Assembly (NCBI RefSeq): GCF_004010195.1
Contig: NC_057718.1
Location: 28,682,277-28,746,276 of the forward strand
DNA from: Chiloscyllium plagiosum
Taxonomy: Eukaryota
Length of the DNA stretch: 64,000 bases
Reading direction: 5' to 3'
The first letter of the stretch is position 1. Each line of letters begins with the position of its first letter. A program made the translations under genes and the position numbers. This document shows positions 1-11,099 of this stretch, in pieces. The notes under the pieces are model-generated. The model saw only the letters and a list, made by a program, of their open reading frames with translations, was not told where the DNA came from and did not search any database.

Positions 1-118
1 TAGTGTTAGGTAAGGGGTAAATGTAGGGGTATGGGTGGGTTGCGCTTCGGCGGGGCGGTGTGGACTTGTTGGGCCGAAGGGCCTGTTTCCACACTGTAAG
101 TAATCTAATCTAATCTAA
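1..118 (+). mobile_element. HE1-type SINE, 3' part (truncated by window edge)
   Basis: Has the GTGGACTTGTTGGGCCGAAGGGCCTGTTTCC 3' segment and (AATCT)n tail; nearly identical to the copies at 18275-18588 (-) and 61368-61687 (+). Confidence 0.9.
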
Positions 119-435
119 ACAATCCCCCTACCCTCAGTTCCATTACCCCCATCCACTACACTTTGCCCTAAACAATCCCTCATCCCCAATACCATCCCCA
201 CCCAACAAACCTAGCCCTTTACTGTGAGAGCATGCTTCTTTAACCCTGCACTTAGACATTTTTGATTTATTTCTGATGCGCAGAGATAGCAAATTTCAGA
301 ATAAACATATTTGCTGATGGCAATTCATCATCAGTTGCTCAGGTATCCTTGGTGTTACTAGAACTTGCCAGTGCCCAGACTGAATGAATTCACCAACATC
401 ACTCTGGGGTTACCACTGGACACATGAATCCTATA

Positions 436-732
436 TAGAATCATAGAATCCCTACAGTTTGGAAACAGGCCATTCAGCCCATCACTTCCACACCCACTCT
501 CTTAAGAGCATCCCATCCAGGCCCACCTTCCTACCCTATCTCTGTAACCCTGCATCTTCCACAGCTCGTCCACCTAACCTGCACATCTTTGGACTGTGGG
601 AGGAAACTGGAGCATCCAGAGCAAACCCACACAGACACAGGGAGAATGTGCAAATTTCACACAGTCACCCTAGGGTAGAACCACACCCAGGTCCCTGCTG
701 CCATGAGGCAACAATGCTCACCATTGTACCAC
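436..732 (-). mobile_element. HE1-related SINE, older subfamily
   Basis: Reverse-complement HE1/V-SINE core (CTGCACATCTTTGGACTGTGGGAGGAAAC...GAGAATGTGCAAA) with a TAGAATCATAGAAT CR1-like tail. Confidence 0.85.
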
Positions 733-2098
733 CATTGCTGCTCCCATTAGAAACCATCAGCAGTAACATCCCATTAAACACATTAAAGAAGGAGATCAGC
801 ATTTGTCATGGTTTGTCCATGTTTTATATTTATTGTTCTCCACCAAACTAATGGGTGGTATATGCTTCCTGAGTCGAGGAAACAGTGGGTCTGGAAACAA
901 AGTGGCTGTCCCTGTGCAGTCACACTGTTTCCAGCCAATTTGACATGCAGTGGTGAAAGGACCAGCCAATCATGCAATGGGGATGGACAGCAAATCACTG
1001 GCCCATCATTACCTCATGGGCACCAGGCAATCAGACAAACTCCTTGCCATCCAGCAGCAAGAACCTAACAGAATCTGCTATGACTAGTACCCTCATCCTA
1101 CCAAAAATTCCCCACCTACCCAGAATCAGTTAGCTCCCTGAAGCCATCACACTGCAATATCGCTCAGTCAAGTTTGAGCTTGCCTCCATCATACTGAACT
1201 CTAATTCATCTGCCTTGCTGTTTTGGTAGCTCTTTCACCTGGGTCATGCCTCCCCACACTCGAACAGCCTGCTCATTACCTTCGACCAGCTATCCGTTAT
1301 CCTTCAACCTCCTCTATTGTCCTTAACCTGTCTTCTATTACCCTCAAACCCCAGGATCATGCAATTGACCTTCCCTATCTAAATCCTGATCTCCCCACAA
1401 TGATGCTTGACCTACTGTTTGTAGACATTGGCCTTCCTTATATAATCCAGCATCTTCCTCCTGTCCCTCATGAGCCTCCGAAGGGTTGCTATCTGCCTTC
1501 CTTCATCGGTCAGTTCTGCTTAGTTTGCCAATTGAAGCCACCACCAAATCTCAGTGCATCAATGTCTCCCCTCCCATGGTTCAACAAAGCTCCTCATACA
1601 AGAAAGGCAGCACCTACTCAATGCAAATCCCCCGGGAAGACTTCACCTGCTGAACACCCCATTTAACAAGTTGTCAATCTGTCAACACATGGTTTTTATT
1701 TACTGTCTGCGTAATTCCAAAGGTACAATTTAAAGCTGATGAAGTAGGGTTTTAATGAGCATTAAGACATGCAAATGTATTAAACAGAGGTTTCCACTAC
1801 TTGCTATTGGGAAGCAGCATCTGTCCTCAATCTGCTGTCAACTTAATAATCAATTTTCATCCTGCTGTCTCCTGCTCAAATAGATAGTTCCATCTACCTC
1901 ACCTCCCACTCCCAAGAGTTTCACCTGATTCCATCTTTCCTACTGGAAATGAGCCACGTCTGTAAAACAGAAATAATAATGTTGATTCTGTAAGTCACCA
2001 GTTATTCTTTCCATTTGGTATCTCGAAGGAAATCTGCAATTATATGTTGAAGATTGTTATGAGCAACTTTATCCTTATTCTGCGTTTATACCTTTTAG

Positions 2099-2211
2099 GG
2101 TGGAATGTTTTCAACTGTACTGTCAAGTGGAATACCTTAAGGAAGTCTGCTGTACTTTTGAATGTTAATAGTACTCTGTTCAAGGCTGAGGCCAAGAAAT
2201 ATGCCAACAAG
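2099..2211 (+). CDS. Host gene exon A: N-terminal half of a SEA-like domain
   Basis: Acceptor ccttttag|, donor AAG|gtagga; phase 1 to phase 0. Encodes WNVFNCTVKWNTLRKSAVLLNVNSTLFKAEAKKYANK, which resembles the SEA 'L.n.nS..Fk' helix. Joins exon 16925 in frame. Confidence 0.75.
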
Positions 2212-2219
2212 GTAGGATG

Positions 2220-2352
2220 CTCTGAAGAAGGGTCGCTGGACTCAAAATATTGACTCTGCTTTCTCTCCACAGGTGCCGCCAGACCTGCTGAGTTTCACCA
2301 GTGATTTCTGTGTTTGTTTCAGATTTCCAGTATTAGCAGTTGCTTGCTTTTC
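2220..2352 (+). mobile_element. Penelope-like element terminal (pLTR) fragment with decayed hammerhead
   Basis: CTGAAGA-AGGGTC-GCTG-GACTC-AAAATATT followed by the CTTTCTCTCCACAG...GCCAGACCTGCTGAGTTT...TTCAGATTTCCAG tail shared with 4010-4138 and 41190-41290. Confidence 0.75.
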
Positions 2353-2715
2353 ATTAGGATATGTAATTTACTCAAGCATTGCTTGCTTGAACATAAATAT
2401 AAATGTGCAATATAATCATAGCATGCATTAAACAATTTTGAAGCATGAATTATTTATTAACTTGGACAAATGCATTTCTTTCTTTTCTTTGTACAATAGT
2501 GAGAAAATCACATACTATATTACATTCCTTTACTTTTCTTCACTGAAGTGGGGTACCTTTTCTAGTCAAGCCATAATATGAAACGATTAAATAATTCTGT
2601 CCTCCTCCTGGTTCTGGAGTCAAATCCTGTCTAGGTACCAATGACTTACTGCGATAGCATACATCACCTAGGTTTACTACTGAGTTCTATGACCAATAAG
2701 TTATTGTGCTTATTG

Positions 2716-4138
2716 AAAGCAAAACAGAAAGCACTTGATAAACTTAGCAGATTTTTGGTATATCTGTGGAGAGAAAATAATTAATATTTCAAGGAGCTGT
2801 GAAAGTTGCTAATGATGCTGATACATGAGACAACTTTCCTCCCTTCACATCTGCTTCTATTTCAAGGGATAGGCTGGCCACAGATATCCAGTACAAACCC
2901 ATCAACTCCCACAGTTACCTGGACTGTACATCTTCACACCCTGCTTCCTGGAAGGACTCTATTCCATTCGCCCAGTTTCTCCGTCTCCGATGCATCTATC
3001 CTGATGGTGCCACCTTCCACAGGGGAGCCTCTGAAATGTCCACTTTTCCTCAACCGAGGATGCCCCAGCACCATGGTTCACAGGGCCCGCAGCTGGGTCC
3101 GACCTATCTTCTGCATTCTGCCGTCATCCCTTCCTTTCCCTCCCACAACAGCAATTAGGTCACCATGTCCTCCATTTTAACCACACCAGTATCCTCATTC
3201 AAAGGATCATTAGCTACCATTTCCGCCACCTCCAGCAGGATGCCATCACCAGACACATATTCCCCTCCCCTCCCTTGTCAGCCTTCTGCAGGGACTGTAT
3301 CGTCCGGGACACCCTGTTCCACTCCTCCTCCATTCCCAACACCCTGCTCACTCCCCACCCCCCTCCACAGCCCCATGACAGCTCCCATGTAGGTGCTTGC
3401 TTCCTTTTGCTTCCTACTGTTCACTATCAAAAGCCCCAGACTCACCATCCAGGTGAAGCAGCACTTCTAGTCTACTGTATTCACTGCTCACGATGTGATC
3501 CCTACTACACTGGGGAGATGAAATGTGGACTGGGTGACTGGATTTGCAGAACATGTTCACTCTGTCTGAAAAAAAGATGCTGTCTCTATCCCAGGTACAC
3601 TGTAGTGCTCCGGTGAAGCTCAGCACAAGCTGGACAAATAACACCTCATCTTCCATCGAGGTATCTTACACCCTTCAGGACACAACATTGTGTTTAACAA
3701 TTTCAGAGCATGAACATCTTCCTCCATGATCCTTACTAACACCAACCCTCCCAGATCCTCTTCTTTACGTGTTGCTTCCAGCACAGCCAACTCATTTTCA
3801 AATGTTGACACTTCCCTTTTGCACCCATTCTGTACTTATCTCTCTGCCGGTTTATAATCTCTTTTTCTGCTTCTCAATTTTTTTTCTTTTCCTTTGTTGG
3901 CTCTATCTCCTACCATTTGCGTTTCTCTTCCCCAAATCCATGCCCCTCCCCTCCCCCCCCGACACACATTATCAGAATGATATTCCACTATTTCCCAATT
4001 GCTTTCTGTTCTGTTGATGCTCACTGGATTTGAAACTAACTCGTTACGTCTGTTTTTCTCTCTCCACAGATGCTGCCAGACCGGCTGAATTTCTGGTTGT
4101 ATTTCAGATCTCCAGCATTTTCAGCTTTTTGTTTTATT
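2716..4138 (+). mobile_element. Decayed Penelope-like retroelement (probably Neptune-type), 5'-truncated, with inverted tail copy at 2716-2790
   Basis: Frameshifted RT thumb peptide (YKPINSHSYLDCTSSHPASWKDSIPFAQFLRLRCI from ~2890) and GIY-YIG remnant LVYCIHCSRCDPYYTGEMK (ORF 3275..3616). A pyrimidine-rich 3' region and pLTR tail follow. Confidence 0.8.
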
Positions 4139-5193
4139 CTGTGCTGATTTACTCTGGGCTAGAGTGGGGGTGGAAGTGGACACAGTGCATTCAGGCTGGG
4201 AAAGTAGAAAAAAATAGCCAATATTCGCAGTCACTACTCAATAACATGTAGATTTTAGGTGAGGAAATAGAGGTTGGTTGTGAGGGTTGGTAAGGTTGGG
4301 GGCGATTTTCTTCTTGTGTTATATGTAGAAAAGTCCTAATTGTTTCTAAGAAGCAAGTTTATGATTTTAACACATCTATTATATCAAGGAAATGTCCAAC
4401 TATTGTCAGGCAAAGCTGTGATGATGGTTTTTGCTAATGAAAATGCACTTGGTGTGGAATCACAGACCAGTGACATCTTGCATGTGTACCATCTTTAATT
4501 TACTAAACCGCTTGCTGTGATCTACAGGGACGTAAGGAAACACAGATTCCAAGCCAAAGGAAAAGAGTTGAGGAGGGATGACCATTAGCTTAGTTTAGGA
4601 TGTAGTGTTAAGGACATTCTTAAAGGGAGAGAGAGGAATGTAAAAGTAAAAGAGTTTAGAGGGAGGATTTCAGTGAGGCAGCCAAATATGCAGGGGACAG
4701 TGAAGTACGAATGAGTCAACAGAAGGGTGGATGAGTTTAGAACAAATAAAGATGCGTGCCATCATTGTGCATGTGAAAAACAGACATTATGTTTATGGAT
4801 GATATTGTTAAGCATTAGTATATGGGCGAATTAGAGAAGAGGGGCAAGAGTGGATCCAGCCATTGATGCTGCTGAGAGATGGGAAAAGAAGCTGATACCT
4901 GGAAATATTCTGGCTGTATTTGGATAAGGATTGGGGAATTATGGAGAGCAGTTCATGATGCTTTGCTTTACACTAGAGAAGAGGCATTAGAGCGTTAGAG
5001 GTAGGCGATGAGGTCACCCCTGTTAAAAGTAGTAGAGAGACTTGGGAATTTCTTCCTCTGCACACCATCCCACGGCTGCATGGACAGACTCTAGACTTTA
5101 CGTTTATAGAACATAGAACATTACAACGCAGTACAGGCCCTTCGGCCCTCGATGTTGCGCCGACCTGTCATACCAATCTGAAGCCCATCTAAC

Positions 5194-8177
5194 CTACACT
5201 ATTCCATGTACATCCATATGCTTGTCCAATGACGACTTAAATGTACTTAAAGTTGGTGAATCTACTACCATTGCAAGCAAAGCATTCCATACCCTTACTA
5301 CTCTCTGAGTAAGGAAACTACCTCGGACATCTGTTCTATATCTATCACCCCTCAATTTAAAGCTATGCCCCCTCGTGCTCGCCATCACCATTCTTGGAAA
5401 AAGGATCTCCCTGTCCACCCTATCTAACCCTCTGATTATATGCCTCTATTAACTCACCTCTCAACCTTCTTCTCTCTAACAAAAACAGCCTCAAGTCCCT
5501 CAACCTTTCCTCATAAGACCTTCCCTCCACACCAGTCAACATCCTAGTAAATCTCCTCTGCACCCTTTCCAAAGCTTCCACATCCTTCTTATAATGCGGT
5601 GACCAGAACTGTACACAATACTACAAGTGCAGCCACACCAGAGTTTTGTACAGCTGTAGCATAACCTCATGGTTTCGGAACTCAATCCCTCTATTAATAT
5701 AAGCTAAAACACTGTATGCATTCTTAACAATCCTGTCAACCTGGGTGGCAACTTTCAGGGATCTGTGTACCTGAACACCAAGATCTCTCTGCTCATCTAC
5801 ATTGCCAAGAATCTTACCATTAGCCCAGTACTTTGCATTCCGATTACTCCATCCAAAGTGAATCACCTCACACTTGTCTGCATTAAACTCCATTTGCCAC
5901 CTCTCAGCCCAGCTCTGCAGCTGATCTATGTCTCTCTGTAACCTACAACATCCTTTGCCACTATCCACAACTCCACCGATCTTAGTGTTGTCTGCAAATT
6001 TACTAACCCACCCTTCTACGCCCTCATACAGGTCGTTTATAAAATGAACGAACAGCAGTGGGCCCAACACCGAGCCTTGCGGTACACCACTGTTAACTGG
6101 ACTCCAGGATGAACATTTCCCATCAACCACCACACTCTGTCTTCTTTCAGCAAGCCAATTACTGATCCAAACTGCTTTATCTCCCACAATCCCATTCCTC
6201 CGCATTTTGTTCAATAGCCCACTGTGGGGAACCTTATCGAACGCCTTACTGAAATCCATATACACTACATCAACCGGTTTACTCTCATCAACCTGTTTGG
6301 TCACCTTCTCAAAGAACTCAATAAGGTTTGTGAGGCAGGACCTACCCTTCACAAAGCCGTGCTGACTATCCCTAATCAAATTATTCTTTTCTAGATGATT
6401 ATAAATCCTATCTATTATAACCTTTTCCAACACTTTACCAACAACTGAAGTAAGGCTCACTGGTCTATAATTACCAGGGTTGTCTCTACTCCCCTTCTTG
6501 AACAGGGAAACCACATTCGCTATCCTCCAGTCTTCTGGCACTAATCCTGTAGACAATGACAATTTAAAGATCAATGCCAAAGGCTCGGTAATCTCTTCCC
6601 TGGCTTCCCAGAGGATCCTAGAATAAATTCCATCTAGGCTGTAAATGTGTTGCTGGAAAAGCGCAGCAGGTCAGGCAGCATCCAGGGAACAGGAGAATCG
6701 ACGTTTTGGGAATAAGCCCTTCTTCAGGAATGCTTATGCCTGAAACGTCGATTCTCCTGTTCCCTGGATGCTGCCTGACCTGCTGCGCTTTTCCAACAAC
6801 ACATTTTCAGCTCTGATCTCCAGCATCTGCAGTCCTCACTTTCTCCTCATAAATTCCATCCGGCCCAGGGGACTTATCTATTTCCACACTCTGCAGGATT
6901 TCTAATACCTCCTCCTTGTGAACCGCAATCCCACCTAGTCTAGTAGCCTGTATCTCAGTAATCTCCTCGACAACATTGTCATTTTCTAGAGTGAATACTG
7001 TTGAAAAATATTCATTTAGTGCTTCCCCTATCTCCTCTGACTCCACACATAACTTCCCACTACTATCTTTGATTGGCCCTAATCTTACTCTCATCATTCC
7101 TTTATTCCTTAAATACCTATAGAAAGCCTTAGGGTTTACCCTGATCCTATCTGCCAACGACTTCTCATGTCTCCTCCTGGCTCTTCTGAGCTCTCTCTTT
7201 CAGTCTTTCCTAGCTACCTTGTAACCCTCAAGCGCCCTAACTGAGCCTTTACATCTCATCCTAACATAAGACTTCTTCTTCCTCATGACCAGAGATTCCA
7301 CTTCCTTCGTAAACCACGGCTCCCGCACTCTACAGCTTCCTCCCTGCATGACAGGTACATACTTATCTAGGACACACAGTAGCTTTTCCTTGAATAAGCT
7401 CCACATTTCTAATGTGCCTATCCCCTGCAGTTTCCTTCTCCATCCTATGCTGCCTAAATCTTGCCTAATTGCATCGTAATTGCCTTTCCCCCAGCTGTAA
7501 CTCTTGCCCAGTGGTATACACCTATCACTTTCTATCACTAAAGTAAACATAACAGAAATGTGATCACTATCACCAAAATGCTCACCTACTTCCAAATCTA
7601 ACACCTGGCCGGGCTCATTGCCCAGTACCAAATCTAATGTGGCTTTGCCCTTTGTTGGCCTGTCTACATACTGTGTTAGGAAGCCCTCCTGCACACACTG
7701 GACAAAAACTGACCCATCTATAGTGTTCCCAGTCAATATTTGGAAAGTTGAAGTCCCCCCTGACAACTACCCTGTCTCTCTCACTCATATCGAGAATCAT
7801 CTTTGCTATCCTTTCATCTACATCTCTAGAACTATTCGGAGACCTATAGAAAACTCCCAACAGGGTGACCTCTCCTTTTCTGTTTCTAACTTCAGTTGAC
7901 GAGTCCCCAAACATCCTTTCTGCCACTGTAATACTGTCCTTGACCAACAATGCCACACCTCCCCCTCTTTTACCATCTTCTCTGTTCTTACTGAAACATC
8001 TAAATCCTGGGACATGCAACAACTATTCCTGTCCCTGCTCTAACCATGTCTCCGAAATGGCCACAACATTGAAGTCCCAGGTACCAATCCATGCTGCAAG
8101 TTCATCCACCTTATTCCGGATGCTCCTGGCGTTGAAGTAGACACACTTTAAACCAACTTCTTGCTTGCCGGTGCCAT
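5194..8177 (-). pseudogene. CR1 ORF2 (APE endonuclease + reverse transcriptase), frameshifted
   Basis: ORFs 7615..8022 (GGGVALL, GDFNFP), 7200..7766 (SDH), 6807..7157 (KSPGPDG), 5621..6580 (NYRPVSLTS, QHGF, DFSKAFD, GVPQGSVLGP). The catalytic FADD is mutated to FADN. Confidence 0.92.
6635..6848. mobile_element. PLE-derived fold-back insert (~75-bp inverted arms) within CR1 ORF2
   Basis: Arms 6643-6717 and 6732-6806 are near-perfect reverse complements. TSD ATAAATTCCATC at 6623-6634 and 6849-6860. Mutated hammerhead core on the minus strand at 6696-6731. Confidence 0.88.
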
Positions 8178-8267
8178 CTTGTGACCCTGAAACTTGATTT
8201 TGGACCTCACGACTCTCAACCTTTTCTATACTCGAACTACAATTTTGGTTCCCATCCCCCTGTTGGA

Positions 8268-9203
8268 TTAGTTTAAACCCACCCCAATAGCCTTAGCGAA
8301 TTTCCCACCCAGGATATTGGTACCCCTCTGATTTAGATGAAGACCATCCTGCTTATAGAGGTCCCACCTACCCCAGAAAGAGCCCCAATTATCCAAGAAT
8401 CCAAAACCCTCCCTCCTGCACCATCCCTGTAACCACGTGTTCAACTCCTCTCTCTCCTTATTCCTTGCCTCACTAGCACATGGCACGGGCAATAAACCAG
8501 AGACAACAACTCTGTTCATCCTAGTTCTAAGTTTCCATCCTAGCTCCCTGAATTTCTGCCTTAAATCCTCATCTGTCTTCCGACCTATGTCGCTGGTGCC
8601 TATGTGGACCACGACTTGGGGCTGCTCCCCCTCCCCCTGAAGGATCCCAAAAACACGATCACAGACATCACAAACCCTGGCACCTGGGAGGTAGCACACC
8701 AACCATGAATCCTCACAGAACCACCTATCTGTTCCCCCTAACTATGGAGTCCCCAGTGACTACTGCTCTGCTCCTCTTGCCCCTTCCCTTCTGAGCAGCA
8801 GGGACAGACTCTGTGCCAGGGCCCTGTACCCCACTGCTTGCCCCCTGGTAAGTCATTCCCCCCACAGTATCCAAAACGGTATACTTATTGTTGAGGGGAA
8901 TGGCCACAGGGGATAACTGCATAGCCAGTTGGTTCCCTTTCCGTCCCCTGACTATAACCCATTTGCCTTTTTCTTGTACCTTAGGAGTGACTACCTCCCT
9001 GTAACTTCTTTCAATAACCCCTCCCCTTCCTCCCGAATGATCCAAAGTTCATCCAGCTCCAGCTCCAGTTCCCTAACGCGGTCTTCGAGGATCTGGAGTT
9101 GGGTGCACTTCCCGCAGATGTAGTCAGCAGGGACACTAGTGGTGACCCTTACCTCCCACATTCTGCAGGAGGAACATTCAACTGCCCTAACCTGCATTCC
9201 CAC
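8268..9203 (-). pseudogene. CR1 ORF1 (zinc finger, leucine zipper, SGNH esterase), frameshifted
   Basis: MGMQVRAVECSSCRMW...CGKCTQLQILEDRVRELELEL; GDSIVRG; VHIGTSD; DGLHLN. Confidence 0.9.
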
Positions 9204-9550
9204 TATTCTAAATTCCCAAAGAGACTGATTAAAAAAATAAGGAATTTAAATAAAACTCATTACCTTACCAATCTGGCACACAGGTCCTTTTTCTTTTGAT
9301 TAGATGAGGAGGATGGGTGGGAGACACTACCCGAGTAGTGTTTCGGGTAATGCAACCACACAAATACATGACTTCCCAGAAGTCCTTCACTCCTCCCTCT
9401 CACCTCTCGGCAAATGGAGGCCCGACTCCTAAGGTAAGTCCCTTTTAATGCGGGAAAACTCACCATTCCCGGCAGCCCTCGCTTCACCTCTCCTCTCCTT
9501 GCCACTCTGGCAAAATGGAGGCCTGACTCCCAAGGTAAGTCCCTTTTAAT

Positions 9551-9833
9551 GGGGCAGCACGCTGCCTCACAGCACCATGTTCCTGGGTTCGATTCCTGCC
9601 TGTCTGAGTGGAGTTTGCACATTCTCCCTGGGTTTCCTCCGGGTGCTCCAATTTCCTCCCACAATCCAAAGATGTGCAGGTCAGGTGAATTGGCCATGCT
9701 AAATTGCCCACAGTGTTAGTCAGGGGTAAATATACGGTAGGGGAATGGGTTTGGGTGGGTTTCTCTTCGGAGGGGCGGTGTGGGCTTGTTGGGCTGAAGG
9801 GCCTGTTTCCACACTGTAGAGAATCTAATCTAA
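9551..9833 (+). mobile_element. HE1-type SINE with internal deletions, inserted in the CR1 5' UTR
   Basis: B-box GGTTCGATTCC, V-SINE core and AATCTAATCTAA tail. Confidence 0.88.
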
Positions 9834-10195
9834 ACTCACCCTCCCCGGCAGCCCTCGCTTCACCTCTCCTTCTCTCCTCGCCACTCTGGCAAAATGGAGC
9901 TGTCTTTGTCACTGTGAATGCAAGAAGACATTTGTAGAGTTCTGAAGGTAGTAGCAGGCAATTGAGAATGGACACAGGTCATGCATTATGGTCTTAATTA
10001 CATGGGTTGGAATTTAATGTATGCAAAGGGATTGAGGTCTGAATATTGACAGGAACCCCATGTCACCTCTGTTGAGGACAGCTCACTGGTGTTAAGGGAG
10101 TTCTCAGATTTAAGTTGTCAGGCACTTAAATGACCAGGAGTAGGCCTTGCCCATTATTAAGGATCCTGAGGATGGAAGTCTTGCCCCATCCCATG

Positions 10196-10939
10196 TGTTA
10201 TGGACTAAGCCAGACCACTCAAAACATTCTTAAGCAGGCAGCTCAGATCATAAATTTGCAATTTATTTCAGTAAGTGTACAGTGAAAATTACCCGGATTA
10301 AGTTAGCTAGGTTGACGACAAGATTTTAAAACAGACAGAAAGTTATTTACAAAATTACACAATGAAACACAAAGAACAGAATAAAATACCTCTACTTTAC
10401 TCGGCCAATCCAACTAATCTTAATTATGCTGTTCCAGCAATACACAACAGTCCAATAAGCAAACTCCCTTTAAAATCCAGTATAAATGGAACATATGCTT
10501 ACAGGTTGAAATTGAAGGCAGAAAGAGAGAGAGAGAGTTTCCACACAGTTCCCTGTTGAACTTCCAACCAGTTCAAGACTGAACTAAACTGCTTAGCTCA
10601 GCTAACTAGAGAGCTGACCACTCCCCTTTCTTTGCACAGATCATTTCTTGATCTGAAGTCTCATCTATTTACATATGAACAAAAGACGTCTCAAAATCCT
10701 TTTCAGCTCTGTACCAAACCGGACTGATTGGAGCCTCACCTGGTTTATTACCACTTTGGCCTGAAGTCTCATCTGTTTACATATGAACAGACGACGTCTC
10801 AAAATCCTTTTCATCTCTGTACCAAACCGGACTGATTGGAGCCTCACCTGGTTTATTACCCCTCTGAAAAAAATCAAGGTCACAGTATCCTTGAGCCAAG
10901 AAACAGATTTTAGGAAAAAAATGGACTAGCTTTGTGATA
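10196..10939 (-). repeat. 3' LTR (744 bp) with internal 108-bp tandem duplication
   Basis: Homologous to 15840-16410; duplicated unit starts at 10653 and 10761; polypurine tract lies immediately internal (CCTCCCCCCATT, 10940-10951). Confidence 0.9.
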
Positions 10940-11099
10940 CCTCCCCCCATTAAAAAACAGTGAACCATCAATACCAAAAGATGGCTTCATTTTTAACCCT
11001 TCAAAACCCAGTTAGTAGTCTACACACACATTTACACTATACTAACTATAAACATGCAAACATGCACAACTACATGCAAATTCAGGCCATGGTACACCT

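Larger units (their letters stand above)
5106..9899 (-). mobile_element. Near full-length CR1 (HER1-type) LINE, decayed
   Basis: (TTCTATG)-type tail at 5106, ORF2 with APE endonuclease and RT, ORF1 with Zn finger, leucine zipper and SGNH esterase, and a repetitive 5' UTR. Interrupted by a PLE fold-back insert and an HE1 SINE. Confidence 0.95.

Noticed and set aside
459..851. ORFs overlapping HE1 SINEs (also 9260-9975, 18430-18615, 61360-61662)
   Set aside because: They are chance translations of non-coding SINE sequence.
4530..5045. Purine-rich L2-like remnants (also ~36700-37760)
   Set aside because: Too degraded to delimit or classify by eye.
6635..6848. DNA-transposon MITE or pre-miRNA
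   Set aside because: The arms are PLE terminal sequence, one arm extends beyond the palindrome, and TSD length varies among copies (12 and 16 bp).
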